From assembly GCF_009914755.1 (NCBI RefSeq), contig NC_060938.1: 64,000 bases of DNA; one strand, given 5' to 3'. This DNA is from the human T2T-CHM13v2.0 reference genome, Homo sapiens. The translations under genes were made by a program, and so were the position numbers. The notes under the pieces are model-generated. The model was not told the origin of the DNA and did no database searches. It worked only from the letters and a program-made list of their open reading frames with translations. Shown piece after piece: positions 1 through 13,652 of the stretch; position 1 is the stretch's first letter; each line of letters opens with the position of its first letter.

Positions 1-53
1 GCCCCCCACCCCATACTCATTCCTGTGGCACACTTCTTGCTAGTTGTTGGCAC

Positions 54-587
54 TGTTAAATAAAAATTACAGGGGGCCATCGTTTTGGACTAAGCTTCTG
101 CACTTGGCCCCAACAAACCAGATTGAAAATCAAAATGGAGTCACTCATGCTAAAGTTCCATGTCACCTTCCAATAAATCAGGGGAGGAAGATAACAATCT
201 AATTTTCCAAACAGGGCAGTTTCAATCTTCAATCAGCCTGATGAAGTTCTCTCTGCTTTAATCCTTACAACAAAAAGTAACCTGAAGGAACGTGATGTTA
301 ACTAGATATTTTTTTCTCTATTGTTCTGTTTTCCTGTTCCTGGATTACAAAGAAAGTAACTATGCAATGACCAATTGCTTTTGTTCTGTGTTTCTGCTTT
401 CTCTAGCCCTTTTCTGCTTACAAAGCCAACCATCTCTGCCCACTCATTGCAGCACTTATTAATGGCAAAACCGCAATACTTTTGCACCAAAATATTTAAT
501 GGAATGAAGTGTTGTTCTATTCTAAAATTGCAAATAAAGCTACTTGAGCTCCTGAAAGTAAATTTGTTGTAATTTTGTCCTTTGACA
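54..587 (+). mobile_element. Solo ERV1 (MER4-group, MER57/LTR54-like) LTR
   Basis: TG...CA termini (TGTTAAATAAAA...CTTTGACA), about 530 bp, AATAAA near the 3' end, AAAATGGAGTCACTCATGCTAA motif typical of this LTR group; exact subfamily uncertain. Confidence 0.7.
461..494. mobile_element. Half MADE1 / solo Hsmar1 terminal inverted repeat
   Basis: AATGGCAAAACCGCAATACTTTTGCACCAA matches the right arm of MADE1 (AATGGCAAAAACCGCAATTACTTTTGCACCAA) with two 1-nt deletions. Confidence 0.8.
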
Positions 588-1049
588 GATCCTTTTCCTC
601 CTCTTTGAGTCTCCTTCCGGTTCAGCAGATGACCTTGGTTATGAGTTTCATGAGAATCCCAGGGTGATCTAATAGAAGCTCTCTCATTTATCTTCTTTCC
701 ATCTAATTTTTTACAATTTTTATTGTTTTTTCTTGTGTCAGAGAATCATCTACCTTTGTTTCAAAGGGTTCTAGTCCTGCTTTCAATCCCATATACTTGG
801 GCCTGATGGATCTTTCGAAAGTGAAATTGTGGCCCCATGATGGCATCATTTGAAAGCCTCCGATGACTGTTTCCCGAGGAGGGTGAACTTTCTCTCCTTA
901 CCTGCTCTTGCTTTCCTGCCTCCATTTTGCTCATGGCATTCCCTTGAATTAGGTTCTATGAGTGGAATACAGCTTTGAAGGCAATTCCAGAGATCCAACA
1001 AAAACCCAGGAGATTGGAAGGAATTCATATTTGTCAAAAAATGTGTAGC

Positions 1050-1300
1050 TCAAAAATATAAAAAAAAAAATAATGCAAATAAAACCCAATAGAGTATAAC
1101 AACTATTTACATAGCATTTATATTGTATTAGGTATTATAACTGATCTACAGATGATTTAAACTATAGAGGAGGGTGGCATAGGTTATATGAAAATACTAC
1201 ACCACTTTATATTAATATAAGAGACTTGAGCATCTGCAGATTTTGGTATCCTCTGGGGGGGTACTGGAGGCAATCTTCCTGGGATACTGAGGGGTGACTG
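1050..1300. mobile_element. TcMar-Tigger MITE fragment (MER2/Tigger3 family)
   Basis: GTATAACAACTATTTACATAGCATTT...GACTTGAGCATC...GGATACTGAGGGGTGACTG followed by TA. Confidence 0.8.
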
Positions 1301-2187
1301 TAACTTATTTTCAGTACTTTGGTAATAGTGTATTTAACGGTCTATTGTTTCTCAGGGTTTGTGGATGATAGTCCATTAGGATCTGAAAATAAGATATTAG
1401 AAGTTCTATTTACTTTTTTTTGTTTTTCTGAAATTTTAAGTGTATATGAAGTTAAGGGAATACATGTAATTTTGAAATAATTAAATATTCATGTTTGGAA
1501 ATCTGTTCAAATTTTTGGGTGGCTGGGAACACAACCAAAAAGATATGGAAACCAATAACAATTATGTATCAGTAGGCATTTTATAAATAGTCTTTGATAT
1601 TATTTTGGATATAAGTGATTTGATTGACACTTCTCATTTAATTGCTTATTAGGTGGGTTTCTGTTTTGTAGAGAACATTTAAAAAAAATTTAGACAAGCA
1701 AAAGTTAATAAAATCACCTGTGGTATGACCACTCAGAGGTAAGTATAATGAATGTTTTATTGTATCTTCTTTGCAGCTAGTTTTCTATACACATAGACAT
1801 GATTTTCTTCTAAAAAAGGAAAGATCATGATGTATTTATAATTTGTAAAACTTTTATACCTTGCTCTTTGAACTTTAAAGAATGTCATGAACATTTCCTT
1901 AGATACTAAACTCTTTCCCCATATATTTTAATGGCCTTATTATATGAACATATAAAAATAATTTATTTTGATACCTTAATTCATGTGCTGTTGGATTTTT
2001 AGGCTCTTGCACCATTTTCCCCACTTCTCTGCTTGCTGTTATAAACAGTTCTGAAAACCAGATGCTGTTAGCCACACCATACATATCTGTGATGTTTCCT
2101 GACAAGACTCCTAAAAGTAGCACCTTCCTTTCATAGGTGAGGTTTTACCTCTACCTTTGTTGTCTGTCTCTAAGGCAAAGGCAATTT

Positions 2188-2346
2188 TGTGTAATGGTGA
2201 AGAACTCAGGACAGAATTTGAATTGTGCCTCAACCAGTTACTACTGTGTGACTCTGGGCTAGTTGTGAACCTCTCTATTCCTCATTTCCCCTCATCTGTA
2301 AACTGGGGGAAACACTAATACCAACATTGCTGGGTGGTTGTGAGCA
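2188..2346 (+). mobile_element. MIR
   Basis: Core TGTGTGACTCTGGGC...CCTCATTTCCCCTCATCTGTAAA. Confidence 0.7.
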
Positions 2347-2439
2347 AACAATAAACAAATAATAGTGTAAGCAAACAATAAATTTTAGCAATTGTTTATA
2401 AGGTATTTCTCTTGTCAAGTAAGCCAAGTTAATCATCTA

Positions 2440-2835
<396 letters not shown>

Positions 2836-4478
2836 TCAGTTCTTACATCCAGGAACCATGAACACAGCTATCTCAACATATGGTAGTTTATAGGGATAGT
2901 CTGTAATCTTGCAAATTTAAAAGGTAAATAGGAGTCCTTCAGTAGGCAGATTCATATATTGACAAATGAAGGAAGAATTAGTCTTGTTAGAAGAAACTTG
3001 CCATTTCGTTTGTGAACAATGTAGTTAATTTATCACAGGCTCAGTGAGGGCAAGGATGGAGCTATTTCACTTTACTATTTGTGTACAGATCCAGCTCTTG
3101 GGCCGTGGTAGGCACTCAGTGAATATTTGTGAAATACATAAATATTCATGAGCAAATATATCTATACTTTGTTGAATGTATTGCAATGTATGTTGTAAAC
3201 ATAATGAAGGCTTTGTGTGATGAACCGACAATTGACAATGAAATTATTGTCTGCAAAGTGGGCTGGGGCCTTTCAGGCTTTTCTCCTGATTATAGATTCA
3301 GAAATAATGCAAGAGGCTGTTGCTCAAAGTGAATCCCTTACTCCGTGCTGGTCGTGTTCTTTAATTCATGTGCTGTTCCCTTGTGTGTGCTCAGTCCTTA
3401 TTGCAGCTGCTGGGTCTGAGCTCACTGTGAAAATCGTGTTTCCTTTCTGCCGACCCATAGGGCTCAGTGTTTGATTAATAAGTTTCCCATTTTCTGAGAA
3501 AAATACCTAGGTAAATCCCCCTTGGACAGCACAAGGATCTGCAGTAATTTACAACCACCGTGTGAGCCTTGTGTTGAATGACATGCTCTTTGTAAGGATA
3601 TGGCGTAATTTATAATGCTGGCCCCAACGTCCACTCCTAGGGCGTTCTCAGTGCAGTGCCTTGACTCTGATATTGGATAATGTTGACAGTTAAGAGAGGA
3701 ATGACTTTAGTTGCTGCTGCTGAATTAAAAAAGTCAGACACACAGTCTAAATGGATTTTGCTGTCTTCAAAGTAGTGACCTTGGGATAGATAGAACTCTT
3801 TGATGCTTCCATTGATGTTGCTATTGCCCCAAACATTTCCGGAATCCTTTAAAAATTACCTTTAAAGCATGTGGCACATTCTTGTGAATATTTTTGAGTC
3901 TAACAAATACTCATTCTTTGTATGAGGCTTTGATTTTTGGAAAGAGTGAAGAGTCACTGGCATCAAGTGCAACAACTGAGGTGGGTGATGAGGGCAGAGA
4001 GTGCTGGTTTTGTTTAGGGCAACATATGGTTTTAGAGGCCTTTTAATAATGTCATGAGACTTGAGCATTTGTTCTAAACATGATTTCCTTTTAAAATAAT
4101 GTTTGAAATGATGAAATAGTCCAAGCCTACAGAACACAACATTACATGCCAGATAGGCACGTTCCCAGCATGGATGTTAAACAGATGTTAACGTGCTGTG
4201 TTTGTTTGCGTGTGTTCTTTCATCTTGCTCTCCTTCCCTGTTTTTTCTTTGAAAGACAATGTTTTAGATATTCCTAAACACCCCCCGCTTCCCTCCATAC
4301 CCGTCTGCCTTCTCCCCTTTTTCCATCAATATTCATACTTCTGCCAATGTTGCCATGCTTCATTCCCAGGTGTGCTTGTACCTTTTGAGGAAATGTTTAG
4401 AAATTTAAAGGAATTATCTTGTGTGTGTCCTTCTAACATTGTCTTTGAGGTTTATCCATGTTGATTTGTTTTAACTGC

Positions 4479-4905
4479 TGTTTTAGTCCATTTGTGTTGC
4501 TATAAAGGAATACCCGAGACTGGGTAATTAATAAAGAAAAGAAGTTCATTTGGTTCCTGGTTCTTCAGGCTGTACAGGAAGCATGGTGCCAGCATCTGCT
4601 TCTGCTGAGGGCTCCCAGCTGCTTCCACTCATGGAGGAAGGTGAGGGGAAACCAGTGTGAGCAGATCACATTTCAGGAGGGGAGGAGAGAAAGAGAGAGA
4701 AAGGGAGGTGCCAGGCTCCTTTCAACAACCAGCTCTTGAGGGAACTAGTGGAGTGAATTAACTCATTACTGCAAGGGCAGCACCAAGCCATTCATGAGGA
4801 ATCCGCCATTATGGCCCAAACACCTCCCATCAGTTCCAACCTCCAACATTGGGGATCAAATTTCAACATGAGATTTGGAGAGGACAAGCAAACCAAACTA
4901 TAGCA
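4479..4905 (-). mobile_element. MST (MSTB-like) ERVL-MaLR solo LTR
   Basis: TGTTTTAGTCCATTT...AAACTATAGCA with 5-bp TSD ACTGC (4474-4478 / 4906-4910). Confidence 0.9.
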
Positions 4906-5611
4906 ACTGCTCCATAGGATTCCAGTATATACGAATAAATCAAGAGTCTTCATCTGTTCACCTGAGAGAAAGTTCAGATGCTTTCACCTTTTTTGTTATT
5001 ACAAATAGTGATACAGTAGTAACTGTGTGCATATCTATCTAGAAATATGTACTAGAGGTTGTCTAGAGCCAGTACTCAGAGGAAAAATGGCTAGGTTCTA
5101 GAACGTGCACATTTTAACTTAGTGGACATTACCAAATTGCTCTCCAAAGCAGTTGTAATTATGCTTCCATTGGTGGTTTCCCATATCCTCTTAGTTATCA
5201 GATTTTTAATTTTTGCTAATCCGATTGGCACAGAATTGTATCTCATTGTTTTATATTGCATTTCTCTGCGTTCTAGTGTGATTGAGTGTCTCTTCTGTAC
5301 TCAGTGGCCGTCTGAGTTTCGTCTTTTGTGAATTGCCCATTTATATTCCTTGCTAGTCCTTCTATTGCCATTGGCCTTTTTATTAATGATTTATAAGAAT
5401 CATTTATAATCTAGTATTCTTTGTCAGTTTAATGGGCCCCAAATATCTTTACTACTCTGTGGCTTATGTTTTGACTTTTTATGATGTCTCTAATTAAACA
5501 GCCGTGCTAAATTTTAATGTAATCATATTTATCCATTTCTCCTTTGTGGCTTGTACTTTTTTATGTGTTTTTAAAAAGAAATACTGCTCTATCCCAATGT
5601 CATAAGAATAA

Positions 5612-6125
<514 letters not shown>

Positions 6126-6515
6126 TGTTCTTTGTTAATGGTGTGTTTGCTTACTCTGGCTCTACCCTATTTTAATTACCTTGGTCTTATAGGTTTGGGT
6201 AGTTTAAGTTTTACTTCAGTTTTCTTTTTTGGAATTTTTTTTGGCTATTCTAAGCTCATTATACTTTAAACTGTATTTTAGGAATGTGGAAGCCCTATTG
6301 GGCTTTTGTTGGAATTACTCAGATGGTTTACAGATAAATCGTAAGAATTTGCTCTCTTATCCTGGGTCTTCTCATCTACAACTATGGTATAGCTATGTTT
6401 ATTTAGTTCTCTTTTTAGGTCTTTCAGTAGAATTTTGTAATTTTTGCCATACTTTTCTTACATATCTTTGTTAAATGTCTTTGTAAGTATCTCATTTCTT
6501 TCTTTCATTTGTTCC

Positions 6516-6675
6516 TTTTTTTGAGATAAGATCTCCCAGGCTGGAGTGCAGTGGTACAATCATAGCTAACTGCAGCCTCAACCCTCCTGGGCTCAAGTGA
6601 CCCTTGTGCCACAGCTTCTTTCTAAGTAGCTGTGACTACAGGTGCTCACCACCACATCCAGCTGATTTAAATTTT
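6516..6675 (-). mobile_element. AluJ right arm / FRAM fragment
   Basis: Single diverged Alu arm (CATAGCTAACTGCAGCCTC...GGGCTCAAG). Confidence 0.85.
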
Positions 6676-6923
6676 TTTATCCCACATTTTTTGTTGCTGT
6701 CAATGATATCTTTTTATTGTATCTTTTCCTATTGTTGCTGGTGTATAGGAATGTTATTTTTGTATATCTTGCTGAACTCATTAATTTTCATGGTTTAGAT
6801 ACTCATACATTATGCAGACAGATAAAATCTTTTAATAATAATGACAGGTCTTTTCCTTTTCATGTTATGTGGCATTCACTTCTTTTTCTTGTCTTGATGT
6901 ACTGACTTGGACTTTCATGATAT

Positions 6924-7087
6924 CACCTGTTTTTGTTAATAAAGTTTTATTGAAACACAGCCACATCCATGTTGTCTGTGGTACCATTGTATTATAACAT
7001 CAGAGTTGAATAGTTGCAACAGAGACTACCTAGTTTGCAAAGCCTAAATACCTGCCTTCAGGCTCTTTACAGAAAGTTTGCCTATCT
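6924..7087. mobile_element. MER58A-like hAT-Charlie MITE fragment
   Basis: TTTTTGTTAATAAAGTTTTATTGAAACACAGCCAC...CTTTACAGAAAGTTTGCC. Confidence 0.8.
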
Positions 7088-7233
7088 TCACAAAACAGGG
7101 TTGAACAGAGGCAGTGATAGTAACCTTTCTTGTCTCATCCCTGGCTTTAAAAGGAGAGCTTGTGCCACCAAGAATAAGTGCTGCTTCTGGGTTGGTTGAT
7201 GTGTGCCTTTTATTGGGGTAAGAAAATGTCTTT

Positions 7234-7615
7234 TTTTTTTCTTCAACTTTTATTTTAAGTTCCAGGGTACATGTGCAGGATGTGCAGGTTTGTTATATAG
7301 GTAAATGTGTGCCATGGTGGTTTGCTGCACACATCATCCTATCGCCTAGGTATTATGCCCAGCATCCATTAGCTATTCTTCCTGATGCTACCCCACACCT
7401 CACAGGCCCCAGTATGTGTTGCTTCCTCCCATGTGTCCATGTATTCTCATTGTTCAGCTCCCACTTATAAGTGAGAAAATACAGTGTTTGGTTTTCTTTT
7501 CTTGTGTTAGTCTGCTGAGGATGACGGCTTCCAGCTCCATCCATGTCCCTGCGAAGGACATGATCTCATTCCTTTTTATGGCTGCATAGTATTCCATGGT
7601 GTATATATACCACAC
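7234..7615 (-). mobile_element. 5'-truncated L1PA (about PA8-PA10) 3' end
   Basis: Antisense L1 3'UTR with poly-T; 14-bp TSD AAGAAAATGTCTTT (7220-7233 / 7616-7629). Confidence 0.93.
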
Positions 7616-7799
7616 AAGAAAATGTCTTTCTTAGATTTGTAGGAAGTCTTTTCTTGTTTGTTTTGTTTTGTTATTAAAAAAAATCATGATTGAATGTTGA
7701 ATTTTATCAAATGTAGTTTTGGCATCTGATTATTTTTTCTCTCATTTTAAACATACGCAATTATATTCTTTTGAATTTTTCTATTATTTCTAGTCCTTG

Positions 7800-8450
7800 G
7801 GGCTAGAATCCTCCCCTTTGATGTGCTTTTATAACTTGTGATCTCAGTGGGTCTCATTTTTTCTGTAGGAATTGTCTGCAGCATGGATTGTGGGAATTTT
7901 GCTCTGGCATTTTCCCTGCCCATTCATTAGTCCAGGACCAATTTGTATGTGAATTTCTCAGATTGGGCATTTCCGGACCATATAGGAAGCCTACATTTGT
8001 ACCGCCAAAATGTTCCAGAGGCGGTGGTCTGGAGTTTAAACTTTGCAAGGGAAGGCTTTTATTCTCCTCCCTTGGAGACAGACAGAAACATACGAGTCTC
8101 TTTGTGGTTGCAGCTCTTTGAGGAGCCTCACTCAGGGCAGCAGCCTTCTACCTCGGGCAGAGCCCACAGACTTTGCCTGTTTCTCCTCTGTGCTAGTTGA
8201 AATCTAAATGCCTACTCCCCCTGGACCAATACTTGTTTCTCTCCTTCTCCCTCACCATGATCCTGTCACTCTCTAAGGGGAGTGAATTTATGCTTGCTTC
8301 TGGTTTTAGTTGTTGCTTTGTTTCTGGCACCTGGTAATTTCTTCTTTCTTATTGCAGGTTCAGCTATGAATTTAAAAATATATATAATATTTCCAGGTGC
8401 TTGTAGGAGGTGAGTGTGAATGTGTGTCTTCTCACCCTCTTGCTGAAATG
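7800..8450 (-). mobile_element. Degenerate HAL1/L1ME-like 5' region
   Basis: Weak resemblance to HAL1/L1ME 5' ends and to 59690-60550. Confidence 0.35.
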
Positions 8451-10114
8451 AGAGGCTGCCCTCTAAATGAAATTTCAATATTGAAAAGATAAAACCCCAA
8501 TAAAACAAAAAGCAACCCCCCAAATCAGCTCCCTAACCATGAGCCAGGCAGCACGTGAAGTCCTTTGATATTAGCTCATGCCATTCTTATAGAAACTCTG
8601 TAACTCTTTTTAAGTGGAGAAGTTAAGAAACTGGCCCAATCCCATGTCAGGGCAGAGCCAGGCCAAAAACCCCTCTGTTTTATTGGCTGTTACCTCATTT
8701 TACATGTCTGAACAGTAATAACAGTGGGTGTCAAGTGTACCTTTCCTAAAGGTAACTACTACAAAGGTCAACACTATTTTCCATCTAACACTCCTAATAT
8801 ATTTTTACACATTAGTCTCACCTGGTAATTCTAAGATAGAATAATGATCATGCTTGTCTGTGAGAATTAGCAATTTTTTTCATGGATTTAAGTTCAAGAA
8901 AAATCAGAAATTAGCAGTTCAGGAGTTTTCAACATTTGTAAAAAGGCAGATGGGTGCACCATTAGCACTTCCTTCTGAGTGAGGTAGATCTCCAGGGAAT
9001 TAATAGGAACCCGTTGTTTTCCATGTTGGCAAGATATTAGAGAAATATGTCTTACTCTCAGGTTTACTAAGACATGTTTTAAAGATATACTGTCATGCAT
9101 GTGGCTTATGGAAGGCTATAGGGATGTGGATTTTTATATTCTCTCTAGATTTATTTGCCCATACTCTGAAATCAAGGCAGACGGTAAAGGTGGAGTCAGT
9201 GGTCATTCTGTTTTTTTGATTAGGGGTTTATAGATGGCTGACATTTTAATCTCAGTTAATGACTGGGGATGGACTCCAGGGTCCTTCACCACAGCTCACC
9301 CTTGTTTGTGATCTAATTTAGCAGCATCTTGATTTGAATTGAAAGACAGCCCTGGGAATATTAGCTCGGCCCTTGTGAGAGCATTCTGGAATGCTGCATA
9401 TTACCTGATGCTACCTGAGATGTAGGTGGTTGGGCAGTGACAGCCTCTCTGAGCCCTGACCTGTCGGGGAGAGGTTGAGAAGTGGCAAAACTTTGATTCT
9501 ACCAGCTGCAAAGACCGATGTCACCATGAAGTTATATTAATGACTTTGACAAGAATTTTCTCAGTGTACAGTAGGCATATTTGCTGAATGAGCTGATCTT
9601 GTAATCCCAGTATATCTGGAGTAGTCAATTATGAATTTTCTAATTAGCTTGATGTTTGGTCTCCCAGCTAAGTGAGCTCTTGTGAACTCTGCCAGAATCT
9701 GGATTTCCAAATTATCTGACAGGAGGAAAGGAAAGGATTGGGCCAAAGTGGCCATTGCAAGTCAGTTTCTTATAAGTCAAAAATTTAATCAGACCAAGTG
9801 CTTTTCTTTTCTGTGTTCAGAAAATACCCATTCTTTGTTTCTCACAACTGTTAACCTGTCCTAGGATGAACTGGTTCTGCCTCCCTTTGCTGTTTCCTGC
9901 ATTAGTACTTGGAAAAGCCTGTGGCTGCATGGTCTGAGGTGTGACCTTCATGGTGGGCACACCTTGTCTCTCTTCTCTGCCCGAAAGGAGGCCACTGTTT
10001 TCTTGTCTCTGTAACTGCTCTGTGAATTCTTCTTCTTCTTCTTCCTGATGACTAAGTGTGACTATTCTCCAAGGTCTTTATCTTTTTGCAAGTTTTCTGA
10101 GATCTTCACCAATA

Positions 10115-10445
10115 AGCACGAATACTTACTGAATATGTTTTGTGTGCCAGGCACTTTTTAAAGCACTTTAATAACAATAACTAATGTTTATTAAGCATCT
10201 ACTGTGTGCCAGGCACTGCTTTTGGTACAAAAGATGTGAAATAAACCACACAAAGACCATCCCTCTTGGAACCTATGTTTTATTGAGATCCAGCCAGGTG
10301 GTAGAACACATCAGTAAACAAACATAGACTTCAGCAGGTGGTGACATGTGCTCTGAAGGAGAAATGGAGTCCGAGTAGAGAGTGACTATGCATGATGAAC
10401 TGGTCAAGGAAAGTCTGTCTGATAAGGGGGTATTTGAGAAGAGCA
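10115..10445 (-). mobile_element. L2 3' fragments
   Basis: TTTATTAAGCATCTACTGTGTGCCAGGCAC and GGTCAAGGAAAGTCTGTCTGA...TTTGAG. Confidence 0.7.
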
Positions 10446-10935
10446 CTTCTCCAAGGAAGTGGAGGAGCAAGCCCAGTTTGCTTCCAATTTCTTCCTCCTT
10501 GTGTCTTGCCAACTGGGACCAAGCATGCCTGGCGTGGAACAAACTCTTTCTGTTCTCTGCTGATGGAGCCACTTTCTCCCAGAGCCCAGGCTCTAGGTCT
10601 GAACCCTGATCCTTCTCTTCACTTTTTTTTTCTAATGGCCAGACGTCTTTGTCCTTCCTTTGAAATAGAAGTGACAGCAAAATCTTCTTTCCCACAGCCG
10701 TTGTGGATAGGAAGCCTCTGCCTGGCTGAGCACTTTGCTACTTTATTTCTGAATTCCTGTGCCAGCCTCCTCAATGATCTTAGCTGCTAGTCTTGCTCTT
10801 CTCACCCATCTGTGGCCACCAAAGCACTGGAACACGTAAGCCATCATTTGAGTGCTTACTCCATACCACACACTGGATCCTCACAACTTGCTGATGCTAT
10901 TACAATATGTTTTTTTTCTTTTTTCCTTTTTCTAA

Positions 10936-11851
<916 letters not shown>

Positions 11852-11877
11852 GTTTTTCTTTTACAAAGTTTTTTTTC

Positions 11878-11985
11878 AAGACTAGTCAAGTACACTAGTG
11901 AGAAGGGAGAAAAAAGTAGAGCAAGGAGTTTGATCTGTAACTGACTGAACAATCAATGGAGATACCTCTTACCTTTGGACCAGTT
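11878..11985 (-). pseudogene. Y1 RNA (RNY1) retropseudogene
   Basis: Minus strand reads CTGGTCCAAAGGTAAGAGGTATCTCCATTGATTGTTCAGTCAGTTACAGATCAAACTCCTTGCTCTAC...CTTCTCACTAGTGTACTTGACTAGTCTT, collinear with hY1 over its full length (about 85-90% by eye), followed by an A-rich tail. Confidence 0.95.
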
Positions 11986-13489
11986 GCTATTACAATTATG
12001 ATTCCCATTTTGCAGAGAAGGAAACAGACTTTCCTATGGTCACTTGCTAATACAGGAGGTGGCTAAGCCAGGATTTGAACTCAGGTCCAATGGACTCCAC
12101 AGGCTCCTTCCAGCCACCAGACCAAGCTTCACATACACTGCTGTGGAGCACCATGGAGACCCTGGTTCGCTCTTTCACTCTTTGGCTCAGGATTCTTTCA
12201 TGCTTCCTATTATCAGTGGGATAAAAGTCCAAATGTTCTGGAATAATATTTGAGATCTTTCATGCCTGGACCGTACTTCACCTGTCTTCTGGTTTTGTAT
12301 CTGAGCTCCCTCCTGTAACAACCTTTGCTGAACATACTCAAATGTATCATGGAGGTAAACACAGCGATGCCTACGTTTATACAGTGAGTGCTTTTTCTTT
12401 CCCTTTACCTGAACTCACTCTTTCTTCATGCCCCAGCTCAGACTCCACCTCCTCTCTTACCTTCGTCTGTGTTCATCTATACTTCCAAACTCTCCTGTCA
12501 GTTAGAAGGCGTGTCCTGCCTGTTTCATGTCATTCCTAACATCAGAGGACATAGCTCTTAAAGATCTTATTACCAACTTGCCATTTCCGTGAATTTCCTT
12601 AGCCCTTGATCCTAAACTATTGAGAAAGCTTACATATCCAAAATGAGTCTAACTTTTCTAAGCAATGGTCTTGGGAGATGTACATATTTCACTAGGGCTT
12701 CCTGGAGCTGGAAATATATTTGGTGGAGCTCCTTTTTCTAAATTGCCTTCCGGCTACCCAAGAAAGTCAATTTCCTTCTTTAATAGCTGTGACTCATTTT
12801 TGGACTGATGATGGCACTATTCCAGTTCAGTCACCTATCTGAGTCATCAGTAGGGACTCCATTTAAAATTTGACTCTTTCCCTAAATTGAATCAATTCTC
12901 AAGGGATTAAAACTAGATATTCACTAGAACATTCCCCAGGAAAATTTAGAAATCAGAGTTCTGAAAATGCTCAAAATGTCAAGGGGTGAAACTGAGAGAA
13001 GGCAACTGGAACGTTTCTCTTAATCCACTGTCCCTCACTTACCTGCTTGGCAGAAAGAAGGCGGGGGAAGGAAAGCATTAGAATAAAAAGAGAAATGTTC
13101 AGAGGCAGTTTGAGTCATGAGGAAACAGCTAAAACTTCCAAAACAGAAACTGAATGACATCCTCTTCCTAATTCAAGCCTTCCTCAGGGGAAAATTGAAC
13201 AGAACATTTCACTTGATAAATGGAATGAGACCTGGTCCTGGAGTATTTGGAAAGATGAATGACAGGCAGGAGGAATACAGTGGAAGGGAATGCCATTTAT
13301 TTACAAATGCATCTCCTCAGGTAAGGGAGGGGATTTCACAGAGAGAGGGAGGTGGAACCGCAGAGGGCTTGGTCCAAGTTAGAACATGAACTTACTCCTT
13401 GCTCTCGTTTCTGGGGGAGAAAGCCATGTATACCTCCAGCACTCAGAAGTGCTCGCGACAATGAGCTCATTGGGATTTGCTACTCAATT

Positions 13490-13572
13490 AGATTCTGCTT
13501 TGTACATGTAGCACTTAGCACTGTGTCTAGCACATAACGAGGACTCGGTAAATATTTGTTGAATGAATGAAA
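13490..13572 (+). mobile_element. L2 3' end
   Basis: CTTAGCACTGTGTCTAGCACATA...AAATATTTGTTGAATGAATGAA. Confidence 0.75.
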
Positions 13573-13633
13573 AATAATTGCTGCCTGGGAGAAGTTGAGA
13601 GGCTTTGTAATTCTGCCCTGTCATTTCTGGTAG

Positions 13634-13652
13634 TGACCACCAGGTGGTGCCT
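13634..13652 (+). promoter_or_regulatory. CTCF-like motif
   Basis: TGACCACCAGGTGGTGCCT compared with the core CCASYAGRKGGCRS; motif match only. Confidence 0.5.

Noticed and set aside
8358-8409. Exon-like TTGCAG|...GAG|GTGAGT
   Set aside because: AT-rich, probably inside an old L1/HAL1 fragment, and no other support
11878-11985. Functional Y1 RNA gene
   Set aside because: 5' GG and upper-stem GTG are altered, the Pol III terminator is replaced by an A tail, and the upstream DNA is MIR rather than a PSE/TATA promoter
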